Source of the DNA: the human T2T-CHM13v2.0 reference genome, Homo sapiens
Assembly: GCF_009914755.1 (NCBI RefSeq)
Contig: NC_060947.1
DNA: 64,000 nucleotides
Strand: one strand, 5' to 3'
Positions 25,935-38,720 of this stretch are shown in pieces; position 1 is the stretch's first letter, and every line of letters starts with the position of its first letter. A model generated the notes under the pieces. The model was not told the origin of the DNA. It was given only the letters and a program-made list of their open reading frames with translations, and searched no databases. The translations under genes were made by a program, and so were the position numbers.

Positions 25935-26483
25935 TGTAATGGTTAATTTTATGTGTCAACTTGACTGTGCCATGAGGTGCCCAGATATTTGGTCAAAGAT
26001 TATTCTTTGTGAGATGGGTTTTGGATGAGATTAACATTTAAATTGGTAGACTGAGTAAAACATATTTCCCTACATAATGTGGGTGGGCCTCATTTAATCA
26101 GTTGAAGGCCTGAATAGAACAAAAAGGGCTGACCCTCTCCTGAGTAGGAGGAAATTCCTCCTACTTGAGTGCCTTCAAACTGAGACATTGGCTTTTTTCC
26201 CCGTCTTAGGGTTCATGTTGAAGCACTGGCTCTTCCTGGGTCTCAAGCCTGCTAGCTTTCAGACTGGAACCACACCATTGACTCTCCTTCTTCTTAGGCT
26301 TTCAGACCCAGAGTGGAACTAAACCATCAGCTCTCCTGGGTCTCCAGCTTGCGGACTCGCCCTGCAAATCTTGGGTTTTGTAAGCCTTCATAATGGCATG
26401 AGCCAATTTCTTATACTAAATCTCTCTATATATACATACACAGGCTGTTGGTTCTGTTGCTCTGGAGAACCATGACTAACACA
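25935..26483 (+). mobile_element. MLT2B-type ERVL solo LTR
   Basis: TGTAATGGTTAATTTTATGTGTCAACTTGACT...CTGGAGAACCATGACTAACACA; perfect TSD AAAAT. Confidence 0.92.
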
Positions 26484-26944
26484 AAAATCTTACCATGGTA
26501 AGAAACCTTAGTCACTTATCACAGCATCACATTTTTACACAAAAGGCAAATAAGGTCCAGAAAGACTAAGGAATCTGATGAAACTTAAACAGCAAATTAG
26601 TGTTACTACTAACTTTGTCCTTTCTCAGTCCTCATTAAGATTTTGGGGCAGTAGGGGGATTATTTGTGACATTGGGCAGATTTGAATCCAAATATTTAGC
26701 CTTCTGATGTCAGAGTAGCTGAAACAGTGAAACAGGTACAAGAAGAGACAATGATTATTTCAATATTAGCAAGTTCACTTCCCTCCAGCAAAGACTTTTC
26801 TAGACAATTTCTGTAATTATTCTCATTATTAACTTAACTTTTTCAAAATGTCTGTAGCACTGTCCAACTGCCAAGGGAAAAAAACCTATCTCTGGTTTCC
26901 ACTGTTAGTTTAGTGATGCTGGAATTGTAGCACTGCAAAGAACT

Positions 26945-27428
26945 CAAGAGAAACAGCATGCCTACTTCCTAATGCTATGAACTTGTGACCTTACATGGCA
27001 AAAGGGACTTTGCAGATGTGATTCAGTTAAAGATCTTGAGATGGGGGATGACTCTGGGCTATCTAGGTGAGCCCAGTGTCATCACAGGGGTCCCTATAAG
27101 AGAGAGGCAGGAAAGTCAGAGTCAGAGAAGGAGATAGAAAGATGGAAACAGGGGTCAGAGAGAGAGAAAGAGAAGTTTGACAATGTCACACTGCAAGCTT
27201 TAAATATGGAGGAAGGGGCCACAAGCCAAGGAATGCAGGTGGTGTTTCAAATCTGGAAAAGGCAAAAACACAGATTCTCCTCTGGAGCATCCAGAAGGAA
27301 TGCAGCCCCTCAACTCTACCATGGCCCATTTTGTGCCCTGACCTCTAGAACTCTGAGATAATATACTGAGTTGTTCTAAGACACAAAGTTTATGAAAATT
27401 TATTACAGCAGCATTAAGAAACTAATAT
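26945..27428 (+). mobile_element. MLT1D solo LTR (5' end eroded)
   Basis: CCTTACATGGCAAAAGGGACTTTGCAGATGTGATT...CAAGCCAAGGAATGCAGG...AAGAAACTAATA. Confidence 0.88.
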
Positions 27429-28254
27429 TCTGAGACTTGTAAAAATCAGTATCTGGGACCAACCTTCAGTAATTCCAATTCACAACTTCTTCCACCAATC
27501 AAATTTTATATTTCACAAATTTGTCAATTACCAGGGGTACAACAAAAACTGAGTCACAGCTCCTCTCCAAGGACCTTACAGTCTGAAGGAAAAGAGAGTT
27601 TTCTCAAAATAAAACATACCTCTTTCCTGATTAAGAAGCTTAACAACCACCCACAAATAGTGTCTATTCATAGACTCATGGTGTGATCTGTAACCCTTTG
27701 CTAAACAAAGAAATTGCATTCATTTTGCTTTATGTAAGTCAGCTTGCCTAAGGAGATAAGTTGTCAGTGGACCTCAAATTTTTTTTTTGCCATCTTTCAC
27801 ATTTCTTCTGAACAGTTGCCCCTGAGAACCCAGATGGTATTTTATCTTCATGTCCACCCAAATCTAAAAGTTGTGGGGTTAGGATGATAATCACTTTTGC
27901 AATGTTGGGTGGTTAGCCACATTCTGGAACACCATCCTGTCAGGCTGAAAGCTCACTAGGATTTGGAGTCGATGAGTACATGCTCAAGAAGGTGGTAGTT
28001 CTCTCTGCGGGGCAGCTGAATCTCTAGGTACAATTGCATGTTGAGACCTACAGACTGGTCCATAATGGGACACTGAGTTGGAATCCTTTTCTATCCACCA
28101 GTCTTCTCCAAAGAACAAGACAGCCAGATTCTCCCTACATTTCTTTAAAACTCTGACCCTCCCACATTGATCTACAATGCGTTAACTGAGGAATACAATT
28201 CAATAACTGCCATGTTGATTACATTTTGTTCTTGATCTTTCAACCCCCCTAGCA

Positions 28255-29136
28255 GCCCCATCCTTTTTCATGTGACTTTTCCCATTACCAGTGAGTCAAT
28301 TTCCCTGCTGCATTGATGCTGGGCTTGGCAACTGTATTAGTTTCCTCATTGCTGCTGTAACAAACTATCACAACTTAGTGATTTTAAATAACACTAACTT
28401 ATTATTTTATAGTTCTGGAGGTTAGAAGTCCACGAATGGTTCTTTCAGGGCTAAAGTCAGGATGTTTTGTTCCTCCTGGAGTGTCTAGGGAAGAATCAGT
28501 TCCTTGCTGTTCAGATTTTAGTGGCTGCCCTCATTACTTGGTTCATGCCCCAGCCCCAACACTGGCATTACTCTGACCTCTGCTTCCACGATTATATCTC
28601 CTTCTCACTCTGATCCTCCTGCCCATTTAGGTAATCCAGAATAATCTCCCATCTCAAGTCCTTAACCTAATCACATCTGCAAAGTCCCTTTTGCCATGTA
28701 AGGTAACATATTAATTAACAGCTGCTGGGAATTGAAACAGATCTATCACTGGGGGACCATTATTCTGCCCACACAGCAAAGTTACTTGCTTTGGTCAGAG
28801 AAGCAAAGGCAGAGGTTATGGTTTGCTAGTCAAGTCCAGGCCTGAAAAGACAACACATGTTTCCACTCATCTCTCCTATGGTTTTGTCATTACCATGAGA
28901 AGAACCCATTCTAGATAGCTTGCTGTACTAAGGAAGATGAGAGGCACATAAAGTAGACCTGATTCCAACCTACAGCTCCAGCCAGGCCAAACCCAATCAG
29001 CCATGCCCAGGTGACCTTGAGTCAACCAATACACAGATGCCTGATAGAGAAGAAAAAAAGGGTTTGTTGATTTATTAAAATAAACTTTTGGACATTTTGT
29101 TATGTGGCAATATCGTGGTAATGACTAGCTGATACA
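28255..29136 (+). mobile_element. Older MLT1H/I/J-type LTR, split by MLT1C/D
   Basis: CTGGGCTTGG...ACTTGCTTTGG continuity across the insert; CCATGAGAAGAAC; ends CTAGCTGATACA. Confidence 0.7.
28333..28775 (-). mobile_element. MLT1C/MLT1D-type solo LTR
   Basis: TGTATTAGTTTCCT...GTTCTGGAGG...GCAAAGTCCCTTTTGCCATGTAAGG...ATTATTCTGCCCACACA; near-TSD GCAAC/GCAAA. Confidence 0.88.
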
Positions 29137-30253
29137 GCTGTACTTGGTTTAAAGCTTGAAGTAAAAAGTATCAGGCTGTGTGAGGCTTCCAGGACATGTG
29201 TGTCTATTGCCCTGACACAGTGAAGAATTACAATTATGCTTGAAGTTTTGCTCTGACATCTGTTAAATCTACACATAACACTTACTGCACATCCTACTCT
29301 CTTGGACATTGGTGGACCCAGTTATATGTTAAGAATTTCCAAAGATTTTGAAAGAACATATTCTAATCTGAGCTTCTTCCAGGAACTTAGATATTTCCTC
29401 AAACATGACTCCAAAGAAAATTTAATTCAACTCCATTACACAGACTTTACTCATCTTGTTACAGATATGAAATGGTCAATAATACAGGTCCGATTAAAAT
29501 GACAGTGACATGTCTGTCCAATTTTCTTCTTGGACTGGGTTGTAATAATAACTGATGAAAATTCCCAATATGCTCATTGACAACATGTTTTCCTGTGCCA
29601 TATGTATCTCAGTGACGTTAATTGATGATGGTGGTATGAATTTGATATCACTAGATATTGCAGATATGAGTAAAATACCTGTTTTACAAAACTGCCTGCA
29701 TTTGGAAGATGTGGTTGAGGAAGGAGTTTGAAGACTTAAGATTAAGATGACACTCGCTCTTGACATACAGGGACAGTCCCAGTTTCAAATATTCCATTCA
29801 GCATTTCAGATCACTTGACAGCCAACAAGATCTGATTTGAGGATCAAAATATAAAGGGAAGGTGCTTTGATGGCTCTTAGCAGATTTTTAACCATTTATT
29901 ATCCACTCCAGGAGGCAAACAACTGACTTTATTTCCCCTCAAAAAAATCCGTAAAATGTTTTAAGGTGTTTTCCATACAGAGACAATCCAGAAAGGGACT
30001 AACTCTAAAATATGCACATTTTTCTGAAAGTTGGATATAATTTTTACTTGCAAAAGAACATTCAACACATAAATGGAAAATATTCAATATAAAAATATCA
30101 GCTTCTTTAGAATTGTAATTTTAATTGCTAAGATGAATGTTGAAGCTGATTTAGCACCAGAATCATAATTGACCATAAATTTTCTCTTGCTTTTATAACC
30201 ATTCCTGCAAGATTGAATTTTTTTCAGAGCTGAAGTGAAGCATCCCCGTAAAA

Positions 30254-30987
30254 TGTTATAGATTGAATTGTGTCCCCCCAAAAGATGTTGAAGTCCTAAT
30301 GCCCAGTATCATGATTATGAACTTATTTGGAAATGGGGTCTTTGCAGCAAGTCCAGTTAAGATGAGGTCATTAGGTGGGGAATAATCCAATATGATTAAT
30401 ATCCTTATAAAAAGGGGAAATTTCAACAAAGACTCAGACGTCCAGAGAAGGAAAATGATGTGAAGACATAAGAAGCCATCATCCTCAGCAAACTAACACA
30501 GGAACAGAAAACCAAACACCACATGTTCTCACTCATAAGTGGGAGTTGAACATTGAGAACACATGGACACAGAGAGGGGAGCAACACACACCACGGACTG
30601 TTGGGGGGTGGGGTTGAGGGGAGGGAACTTAGAGGACGGGTCAATAGGTGCAGCAAACCACCATGACACACATATACCTATGTAACTAACCTGCACTTTC
30701 CGCACATGTGTCCCATTTTTTAGAAGAAATAAAGAAAAAAATAAACAATAAAATAAAAAAGAACGTCATCTACAAACCAAAGCATGCCTGAGGATATCAG
30801 AACCTAAGAGAGAGGCATAGAATAGATTCCTTCTTACAGCTCTCAGAAGAAATCAACCCTGCTGACAACACCTTGATCTTGGGCTTCTTAGCCTCCAGAG
30901 CTATGAGACAATCAATTTCTGTGGTATACGCCACACCACCTCACAGTTTGTGGTGCTTTGTTATGGCAGACCTAAGAAACTAATATG
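30254..30987 (+). mobile_element. MLT1B solo LTR, split by L1PA
   Basis: TGTTATAGATTGAATTGTGTCCCCC...TTATTTGGAAATGGGGTCTTTGCAG...AAGAAACTAATA. Confidence 0.88.
30472..30760 (+). mobile_element. 5'-truncated L1PA8-type 3' end with G-rich tract and A-tail
   Basis: GAAGCCATCATCCTCAGCAAACTAACACAGG...GGTCAATAGGTGCAGCAAACCACCATG...TAGAAGAAATAAA. Confidence 0.92.
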
Positions 30988-31174
30988 ATTGTCAAACTTG
31001 CTCTGGTTCCTTTGACATATTACAGATTAGAAGCTATTCATTACAGTATTCCAAGAATAACCCACAAAAGATGCATTATTCTATTCTCTGGTGTACATGT
31101 GTTAGTAAACAAATAGCCATTGCTCAAGCCCCAGGCTGAAATTCTTGACCCATTCAAACCTACTGAAGTAAATA

Positions 31175-31381
31175 TAGTAATGCATCACTTAAGGATGGGG
31201 ACACGTTCTGAAAAGTGCATCATTAGGCAATTTTGTCATTGTGCAAACATCACAGAATGTGCGTACACAATTTTAGATGGTATAGCCCACTCCATTATAT
31301 AGCCCAATTATAATCTCATGGGATCATCCTGCTATAGGGAGTCATTCACTCATGAAAACATCATTATGAGGAGTGTGACTG
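31175..31381 (-). mobile_element. Tigger3-family deletion derivative
   Basis: Reverse-complement similarity to the element at 28-372; ends GTGTGACTG|TA. Confidence 0.8.
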
Positions 31382-31854
31382 TAGTCTCCTTGTTTTTCTT
31401 AAATTAAAATTCCTCATGAAATATGCAATGAGCTCCAAATAGTTCCAGATTCAAAGTCTAGAAAAATAATCAGTATTTAAAAAATAAGACAGCATTTAGT
31501 GCAAGTTTATTTATATTTTTTCATGGCTCTTTAAGATATTTAAATATCTGTCACACATTCAAGACAATCTAAAGCAAACTAATGGTTACTTTTAGTGTTA
31601 CTGGAATATTGGTTTAGAATAGCTGCAATGTGCTTAGGTTTTCAGTGATGGTGTAAATAATGTCAAATCAGTGGGCTAACCCTCTTAGAGAGCCAACATT
31701 TCTACCCCCACTTCCTGCATTTATTTGGCAACTTCAGGACGCCTCCCTCACTTATATTTTACCTCCCTCTCTTGTCAACTCTTGCCTTCAGGAATGCCTC
31801 TGTAGTCTTTCACACCACAATGCTAATAAATTTAAGTAAATGTGTTAACTCTAC

Positions 31855-32047
31855 CAGGACCAGCCTGCACCTGTTTTTATAAATAAAGTTTTATTGTCAG
31901 GCAGCCAATTTACATATTATCTATAGCTGCTTTCCAGCCATGTTGGCCATGCTAAGTAGCTACAACAGAGTCTGGTGGCCTGCAAAGCCAAAAATATTTA
32001 CTCTCTGGTCCTTTACAGAAAAAAAAAAAAAAATCTGCCAACTTCTA
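31855..32047 (+). mobile_element. MER58A
   Basis: CCTGTTTTTATAAATAAAGTTTTATTG...AAAATATTTACTCTCTGGTCCTTTACAGAAAAA. Confidence 0.85.
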
Positions 32048-33184
32048 TTTTATGGCTTCTTTCTCAGTAAAAGCAAAAACAAACAAAATATCCCCCACAT
32101 AATGTTTAAGTTACATTTGAAATCTGCAGGACATAGGAGAGTAAATAACATGGTTATGGGAGATGTCAATAGACATAGGTTTCACATCAAATATGCCACA
32201 AACCCACTTTAAATTTTAGTCCAACACAAGTAACATAAAAAGGATAGGGAGGCCACATTTCCATAGCTATATTGTATATGGGCAGCAACTACCTATGTAC
32301 ATTATATGTATACATTTAATAGCTATGTGGTCTATAAACATTTGTGTTGTCTATCTTGGTCTCATTCATTTCTGTTCTTATAATCCGAGCTGTTGATTTG
32401 TTTCTGGACATACAAAATATCAGCATATTCCCAAGCTTTCAAGTAGAGGAGATATGTTTTAGTAAATATTAATGAAAGTTTCAATTTCAAAGTTAGTGCT
32501 TGCTGATTTGGTTGTCTACCATGCGTCAGCTTCCTGAGTCATACCCCCAGATTGCTATTGTTTGCTAAGGAACAATCTGGACTCTGGTGTCACTGAATCC
32601 AAACCTACAAGTTGGAGTGTTATCAACAGAGGGATCTGTTCCACGGTCTCCAATTAATCTTTCTCTGTTCCAACTCCAGCAGCTGTTCCTGCTTTTAGGA
32701 TGATTGAAATAAAACGCCTATTACATAACCAAAACAATATGCTATTATTGCTTTTAATACATGTATTATTACTTTTGATAATTCACCATCTGATTATCCC
32801 GTCTGAATTATGCACTTGCCACTCCATCTATGTACAACACCTTTTTGTTGGTTATTAGCATCACAGTGACAAAGGGAAACAAATGATGAAGAAAGCCAAC
32901 TGAAAGTGTCTCCATTATATTTCTGAAGAAGTTTTGGAGTCTGGGTACTCGAGAGATCATTTCCAAGCACTTTCTTACAATGTGAGCTTCGGGGCCTGGA
33001 GCATTCTCCTTGGAAAGTGTAAAATTCCTAATGAGCGAATAGGAAACATCTTGAGTCTGATGCTGAGGACTCCTGGGTTGGCCTATTTCCAGTAGGTTAA
33101 CTTTTCTAAACATAATGTGCCAAACAAATAATTTGTATTAGTACACGTGATGTCGAGGATTGAGGTTCAGCCAATTGCAATTTG

Positions 33185-33312
33185 CTCATTCATTTAACCA
33201 ATATGTATTGCATGCCTACTATGTGCTGGGCACTGTTTTAAGTTCTCAGAATATAGTTGCCACCAACGTAGCAAAACATCCCTGCAGAAGTGGAACTTCA
33301 ATTCTAATGAAC
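33185..33312 (-). mobile_element. L2 3' end
   Basis: CATTCATTTAACCAATATGTATTGCATGCCTACTATGTGCTGGGCACTG. Confidence 0.8.
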
Positions 33313-33625
33313 TTGTCTCTCTAATGTGGGTCACCATGATACAGGGAAAGTCTTAATGGAAAATTAGGAATATCACATTACTGTTTGCTAAAGCTCTTTT
33401 TATACGTATCACAGAACTGCTGGCCTTTTAACAGTGTTATTAATATATATTTTTCTTGTCATTCTTTCCTTCCTTTTTTTTTTTAGATTTTTACCATTAT
33501 TTCTTCATTGTCTAAGTGTTTTTCCAAGTGCTGCAAATAATTCAAAGCCTTCTTGCTATCCTAATTATAGACCTTTAACAATATTGATTTCCCAGGTCAC
33601 TCACTCAAGAGATGTTTACTGAGCA

Positions 33626-33910
33626 GTGTTCTATTATTTTGTTGCTGCACAACAACCACCCCCAAACATCAAGTGTCTCAAAACATTATACTCTTGTATT
33701 GGGACAGGGCTTGGTAGGGATGCCTCATCTTCCTTCCCTGTAGTATTAGGTGGAGAAGTTCAACAGGGGGCTGCAGTATCCACTCACCGGCAGACAAGTG
33801 GGTGCTGCCTGTTGACTGGGAGCTTAGCTGGGGCTGTTGACTTGGGGCCTCAGTTCATCTACACGTTGACCTTTCCATGGGGTTGCTTAGGCTTCCTCTA
33901 CCCATGGCAG
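33626..33910 (-). mobile_element. MLT1F/G-type LTR fragment
   Basis: TTGCTGCACAACAACCACCCCCAAAC...TGACTGGGAGCTTAGCTGGGGCTG...GGCTTCCTC. Confidence 0.6.
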
Positions 33911-34499
33911 AGGAATGGATAGACATTCCCCAGCATGAAGACTGAAAGAACATTGCACTCATGGACATGCCTTTGAAACATTCCTGGATGACCGATTCCA
34001 GGAAATAAAAGAAAAATCAAAGCAAATAACTCAGGAATGAAGAAAGAATGGAGAAAGAGAAAAAGACTGAGGTTAAGAACCAAATCCTTTTAGATCCAGG
34101 AATGCAATTATGATTGAAAACAAAGAAAAAATATTAAAATAATAATTGAGGGTCACTGGGAAAGGTGCAAAGAGGATTATACTGTAATAAGTAGCCTCAT
34201 TTTTATAACAGATAGAGAATAGATAATGGCTAACACTGAAACATGTAGCTAAAAACAGCATGACTCCAACTTTTAATGTTTTATGCTCCTTCAACATAAC
34301 TTATGAGTTGTGTATAACTCTTATGACATGATATAACTTATAAAAAGAAGCGTTCATGTAACATTTAACAATTTCTTCACTTTTATTTTAATTTACTTTT
34401 TTGATCAAAGTGAAGCTCAACATGATCCTTGTTATTAAAAATAACATGTAAATTTGATCTATTTTAATGTATTTTTTTTTTTTTTAGCTACCATCATTA

Positions 34500-35078
34500 T
34501 AGATGGTTCTCGACTTCGAATGATTGGACTTTGGATTTTCAGGGTTACGATGGTGCAAAAATGATAGGCATTCAGTAGAAACCGTACTTCCGTACTTGAG
34601 TACCCACACAACCATTCTGTTTTCCATCTTCAGTGCAGTATTCAATATAGTGCTCAAGAGATATTTAGCACTTAGGCTTTTTTTTTCTTTTTCTCTTTCT
34701 TTCTTTCTTTCTTTTTTTCAGGGTCTTGCTGTGCTCACCCAGGCTAGAGTGTAATGGTACAGTCATAGCTCACTGCAGCCTCCAACTCCTAGGCTCAAGC
34801 AATCCTCTCACTTCAGCCTCCACAATAGTTGGGACTATGGCATGTGCCACTATGCCTGGCTCAGCACTTAAGCTTTAAAATAGGCTTTGTGTTAGATAAC
34901 TGTGCCCAATGGTAGGCTAAATGTTTGATAGGTTAGCTGTATTAAATGTTTAAGTTTGGCTAGGCTACGCTATGATGTTCAATAGGTTAGCTGTATTAAA
35001 TGTGCTTTCAACTTACAATATTTTCAACTCACAATAGGTTTATCGGGACACAACCCCAACGTAAGTCAAGGAGCGTCT
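34500..35078 (-). mobile_element. MER47A (Tigger-family), split by an Alu monomer
   Basis: CATTCAGTAGAAACCGTACTTC...AATAGGCTTTGTGTTAGAT...GGTTTATCGGGAC...GTAAGTCAAGGAGCGTCT. Confidence 0.85.
34681..34861 (-). mobile_element. Alu monomer (FRAM/FLAM/AluJ half)
   Basis: 14-bp TSD AGCACTTAGGCTTT / AGCACTTAAGCTTT. Confidence 0.9.
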
Positions 35079-37589
35079 TTCAATCTGAAGAGAGATGTCT
35101 ACCACAATCATCAGGTGTTGGCCAGAATGATTCCTGGGTGGTAGGCTTTGCTGTGATTTTCTTTTATTTGTACTTTTAAATATTGCATTATTGTTTTTAT
35201 ACTAAAAGTCTATCTTTTTAAAGCAAAAAAAAAGTCAGTATCATTTACAAAAAAAGTCAGCATTGAGTAGATGCGACAGAGACTGCCTGAGCCACAAAGC
35301 CTGAAATAGTACTGGGCCTTTAGAAAATTTTCGCCAGCCCTGCTCTAACGCTTTACCTACTAAAAGGCACCACCAGTCCATCCAAAGCCCAACCAGGCAG
35401 ATTGGAAGTGTGGAGCTGCCTGTTCTCATGCAACGTGCCTGTCTCTTTCCGACTTGCCTACCATGATCAGTAAGCAACGTTTCCTCACAAATTTGGTGTT
35501 TTTATAATTAGGGAAGAAAGGGCTTGTGTACACCAGAGCTAGGATACAACGTCAGCCTCTTCTCAAATGTCACCAAGCCAATAGTCACTGTTATAATGGA
35601 GCTGTCAAGACAAACTACAACTCTCTTAAACCACCTGATGGGAAGGCTAAAAAGACAAATAGAGAAAGGATGGCAATTTGACCTAAAAAGAATTTGATAT
35701 GGACTCACTAAGATAGAAAATGCTAACAATTCTGTGTAAAGAACAATTTAAAAGGCTCTCTTTTCTAGGATGCCTGATTATAGGGAGGTATCAGTCTCAT
35801 TTCTTTTCAGAAACAAGACCAGACAAGAAGGTGTTTTGGGTGGTGTGGACACGACACTGTCCTCTGAGGATTTTTTTCATCTCTTTGTGAAATAACTGAG
35901 AGTTACTCTAAAGTACGGGGAAGAAAGAAAATGAGATAGCAAGATGTATTAAAGACTTCAGAATTTAAAAGAAAAGAAAGCATATTTATTTTAGAAAGCC
36001 AAATAATGTGGAATAGTGGAGTGATTCTAAAGATAATTCAGTAGCAATGTGGCCCAACAAGAAAGCAGAGAATAAGAATTGTTTTTACTATTGCTCTTCC
36101 AAATCAAAGCTCATGTTATTCAAGGATTTAGTTTCTCAATCAGTGCCTCTCCCCACACCTTTTGTCATTGCATAAAGCAAGCTCTGGCCACAGAGGTTTC
36201 CTTGTGCTGCTAAGTGGAAAAGTCTCAATGTCTCTGAGGTCCATCAGAAGCTGGAGCACCTTCCAAACAGCTCTGTCCTTTCGGTCCTCATAGGAAATTG
36301 TCTGCAGCCAAGTTCATCTCTCCATCCTTCCATGAAAGAAGCAAACACCTCCATCATGATAAGTTGTTCCTCCCCCCTCTGTTGTTGCTTTAAGAATTAA
36401 AAGCAATTTATGCTTCAGTTCTTTATTCTCTAAGGTGGGGAATCTCTCCTATTACTGATTACTAGCTTCCTTTTGATTCTGTCACGTGCCCACTCCAACC
36501 TTATAAAGCTGGTTTTTTAAATAAAATGAGACTTTGGACGACACTCAGCAATGGCATGGAAATCCACAGAACAGCAGGAGATAAGAACAGAACACTCAGT
36601 AACTCTGCAGGCAGCCCCACTGAGAGGAAAATCTGCAATCTAGCAATACACAGGATTTAAATATCATTAGTAATAGTTGAATATAAAAATCTTATATAAT
36701 ACATCAAAGTCAATGATTGCAAATATCTATCTATCATAGTGGGTCTTTCAGAAACGGTTCTTCAGGGCATAAGTGTTTGTCCTAAGAGTGAAAATGAATG
36801 CATGGAAACTAATTAAATATAGCATCTAAATTTACATGGAATGGATTTACATTTTAACTTTTAATGTTAGCCATTCTTCCTACTCTCTGTATTGAAAGGA
36901 CAATCGTGAGAGCAGTCATTGACTGAGTAGATAACAAGAGAAGCAATAATCCATCATACAATCAATTGAAAATTGGAGCTATTTTTCTTCTTTACTTGGA
37001 AAACAATTATCTCTTTCCTTCTATGAAACCACTTTGCTAAAGAAATGTTTTTACAGGCAACCATATGTATATCGTTATATGACATATATCTTCAGAGTTT
37101 ACTCGTCTTGTCATGGTATTCTTCAGTTTTGTGAAAAGCTAACCAGGGAATATTTTCACCAAGAAACTGACACCAAGTGGTAAAGAAGGTAGCAGGTAAA
37201 ATATGGATTATTAGGAAACGACTGTAGTGGGAAAACCAAAAGGGGTGACATGTGGATTTAGATTTCTTTTTATTATGCTACACATTTGGTTACCTAGAAT
37301 TATTTCCATAATGTAAATTTGGGCATAAGAGAGATGAAGGCCACACTATTGCCCTATAGTTTTTATTACTTAATCATGAAACTATGTAACCCTTTAGGGT
37401 AAAAACATTCTCATTGGTTCAAGGACGGCAATGGATGGAACCACTGATAGAGGCTAGATACTACCTAATTACTCCTATTAGTACCTAATTACTCCTGAAA
37501 TTTACCCAATAAACTATCTTCTATAAAGGACCAAAAACTCAGTTGATATGTTAACAAACTGGCCACAGAAATGTTCAGAAGCCCAAAAA

Positions 37590-37745
37590 CATATTGGTCG
37601 AGGACACAGGTTTGTGAGTCAGACATGCCTAGATTTCAGTCCCAGATGCTCTTCTTACAACTCAGAGGTTAACGTCTTTGGACTTCAGTATTCTCCTCTG
37701 TGATTTGGAAATAGTAACAGTCTACCACAAAGGGTCAATGTTCAA
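37590..37745 (+). mobile_element. MIR fragment
   Basis: GAGTCAGACATGCCTAGATTTCAGTCCCAG...CTTCAGTATTCTCCTCTGTGA. Confidence 0.65.
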
Positions 37746-38079
37746 GAACACACACATACACAAACTAATCAAGATCTAAAACATACTAAGGATCCCTGCT
37801 ATGGTAGCTATAATTATTATTGACATTACTGGACTGATTCGTACTTGGGACCATACTCCAAGTAAATGCATCTCAGTTCCTGTCAATCTGTAAAGTGGAG
37901 TTTTGAAAGGAAGAGATAGACAGTGGGAAATAGCTATGTAGGAAGTGGAACCATAAACTGGCATAGGTAATTATAATATGGTGTCTTGGCAACATTAAGG
38001 GTGATTCTTTGAGGTCATGGTTTTCAACAGAGACCAGGCTGTAGTATTTCTCCAGGCAGCCATATTTCACAGGGCTGCA

Positions 38080-38720
38080 GTATGTTCAGCTCTCTGTTAA
38101 TCTAGAGGAGGCAGAGGCTTTAATTTAACCAGCACTGTCATTTGGCCAAGCACATAGAAAAAAGTTGAGGATAAATGCAAAGGTGAAGATTCATATGGAT
38201 TTTAAACCAGGTATGGAGGGGAAAGAAGTCATTAGAGAGTTGAGCGCCAAAGAAAGGAGATAAGATTAATGGGATGGAACTCCCACTGAGGTCAAATAAA
38301 TACTGGCTAGTGTTACTAGAAGGCATATGTTGGCAAGATGGAAGGTGGTGATAAGGGAGTAAGACTCATGAAAGTGTGACTCTGAAAGTGAATAGTTACT
38401 AACAATAAGAAGGAGAGGAGTAAGTGGCTTAGAGTAGAGGACTTAGCAGTTGAAGATGTATTTAAGGAAAAGTAATTATATACATGAAAATTCAATGATA
38501 TAGCTAATTAAATGACCAAGGATTAAGACAGAAGTGATGTTAAAGAAAAGGACAGAAAGCCAGGAGCTAAAATCATCCAGAAATGAGCACAAATGACCCA
38601 AGAGTTGTGAAATGAAAGCAATGGTGATGGGATACTGCTAATATAACATGAAGATGCGACCTTCAAATCTGGGGATTTAGACAAGCGAGAGGAAAAGATC
38701 TGGAAACTGAAATGGCAACA
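38080..38720 (-). mobile_element. Highly degenerate L2-like fragment
   Basis: Purine-rich antisense L2-like text (AGCCAGGAGCTAAAATC). Confidence 0.35.

Noticed and set aside
30603-30626. G-quadruplex-forming tract
   Set aside because: Standard G-rich tract of the L1PA 3' UTR; not novel
37462-37496. TACCTAATTACTCCT repeated at 20-bp spacing
   Set aside because: Ordinary small slippage duplication
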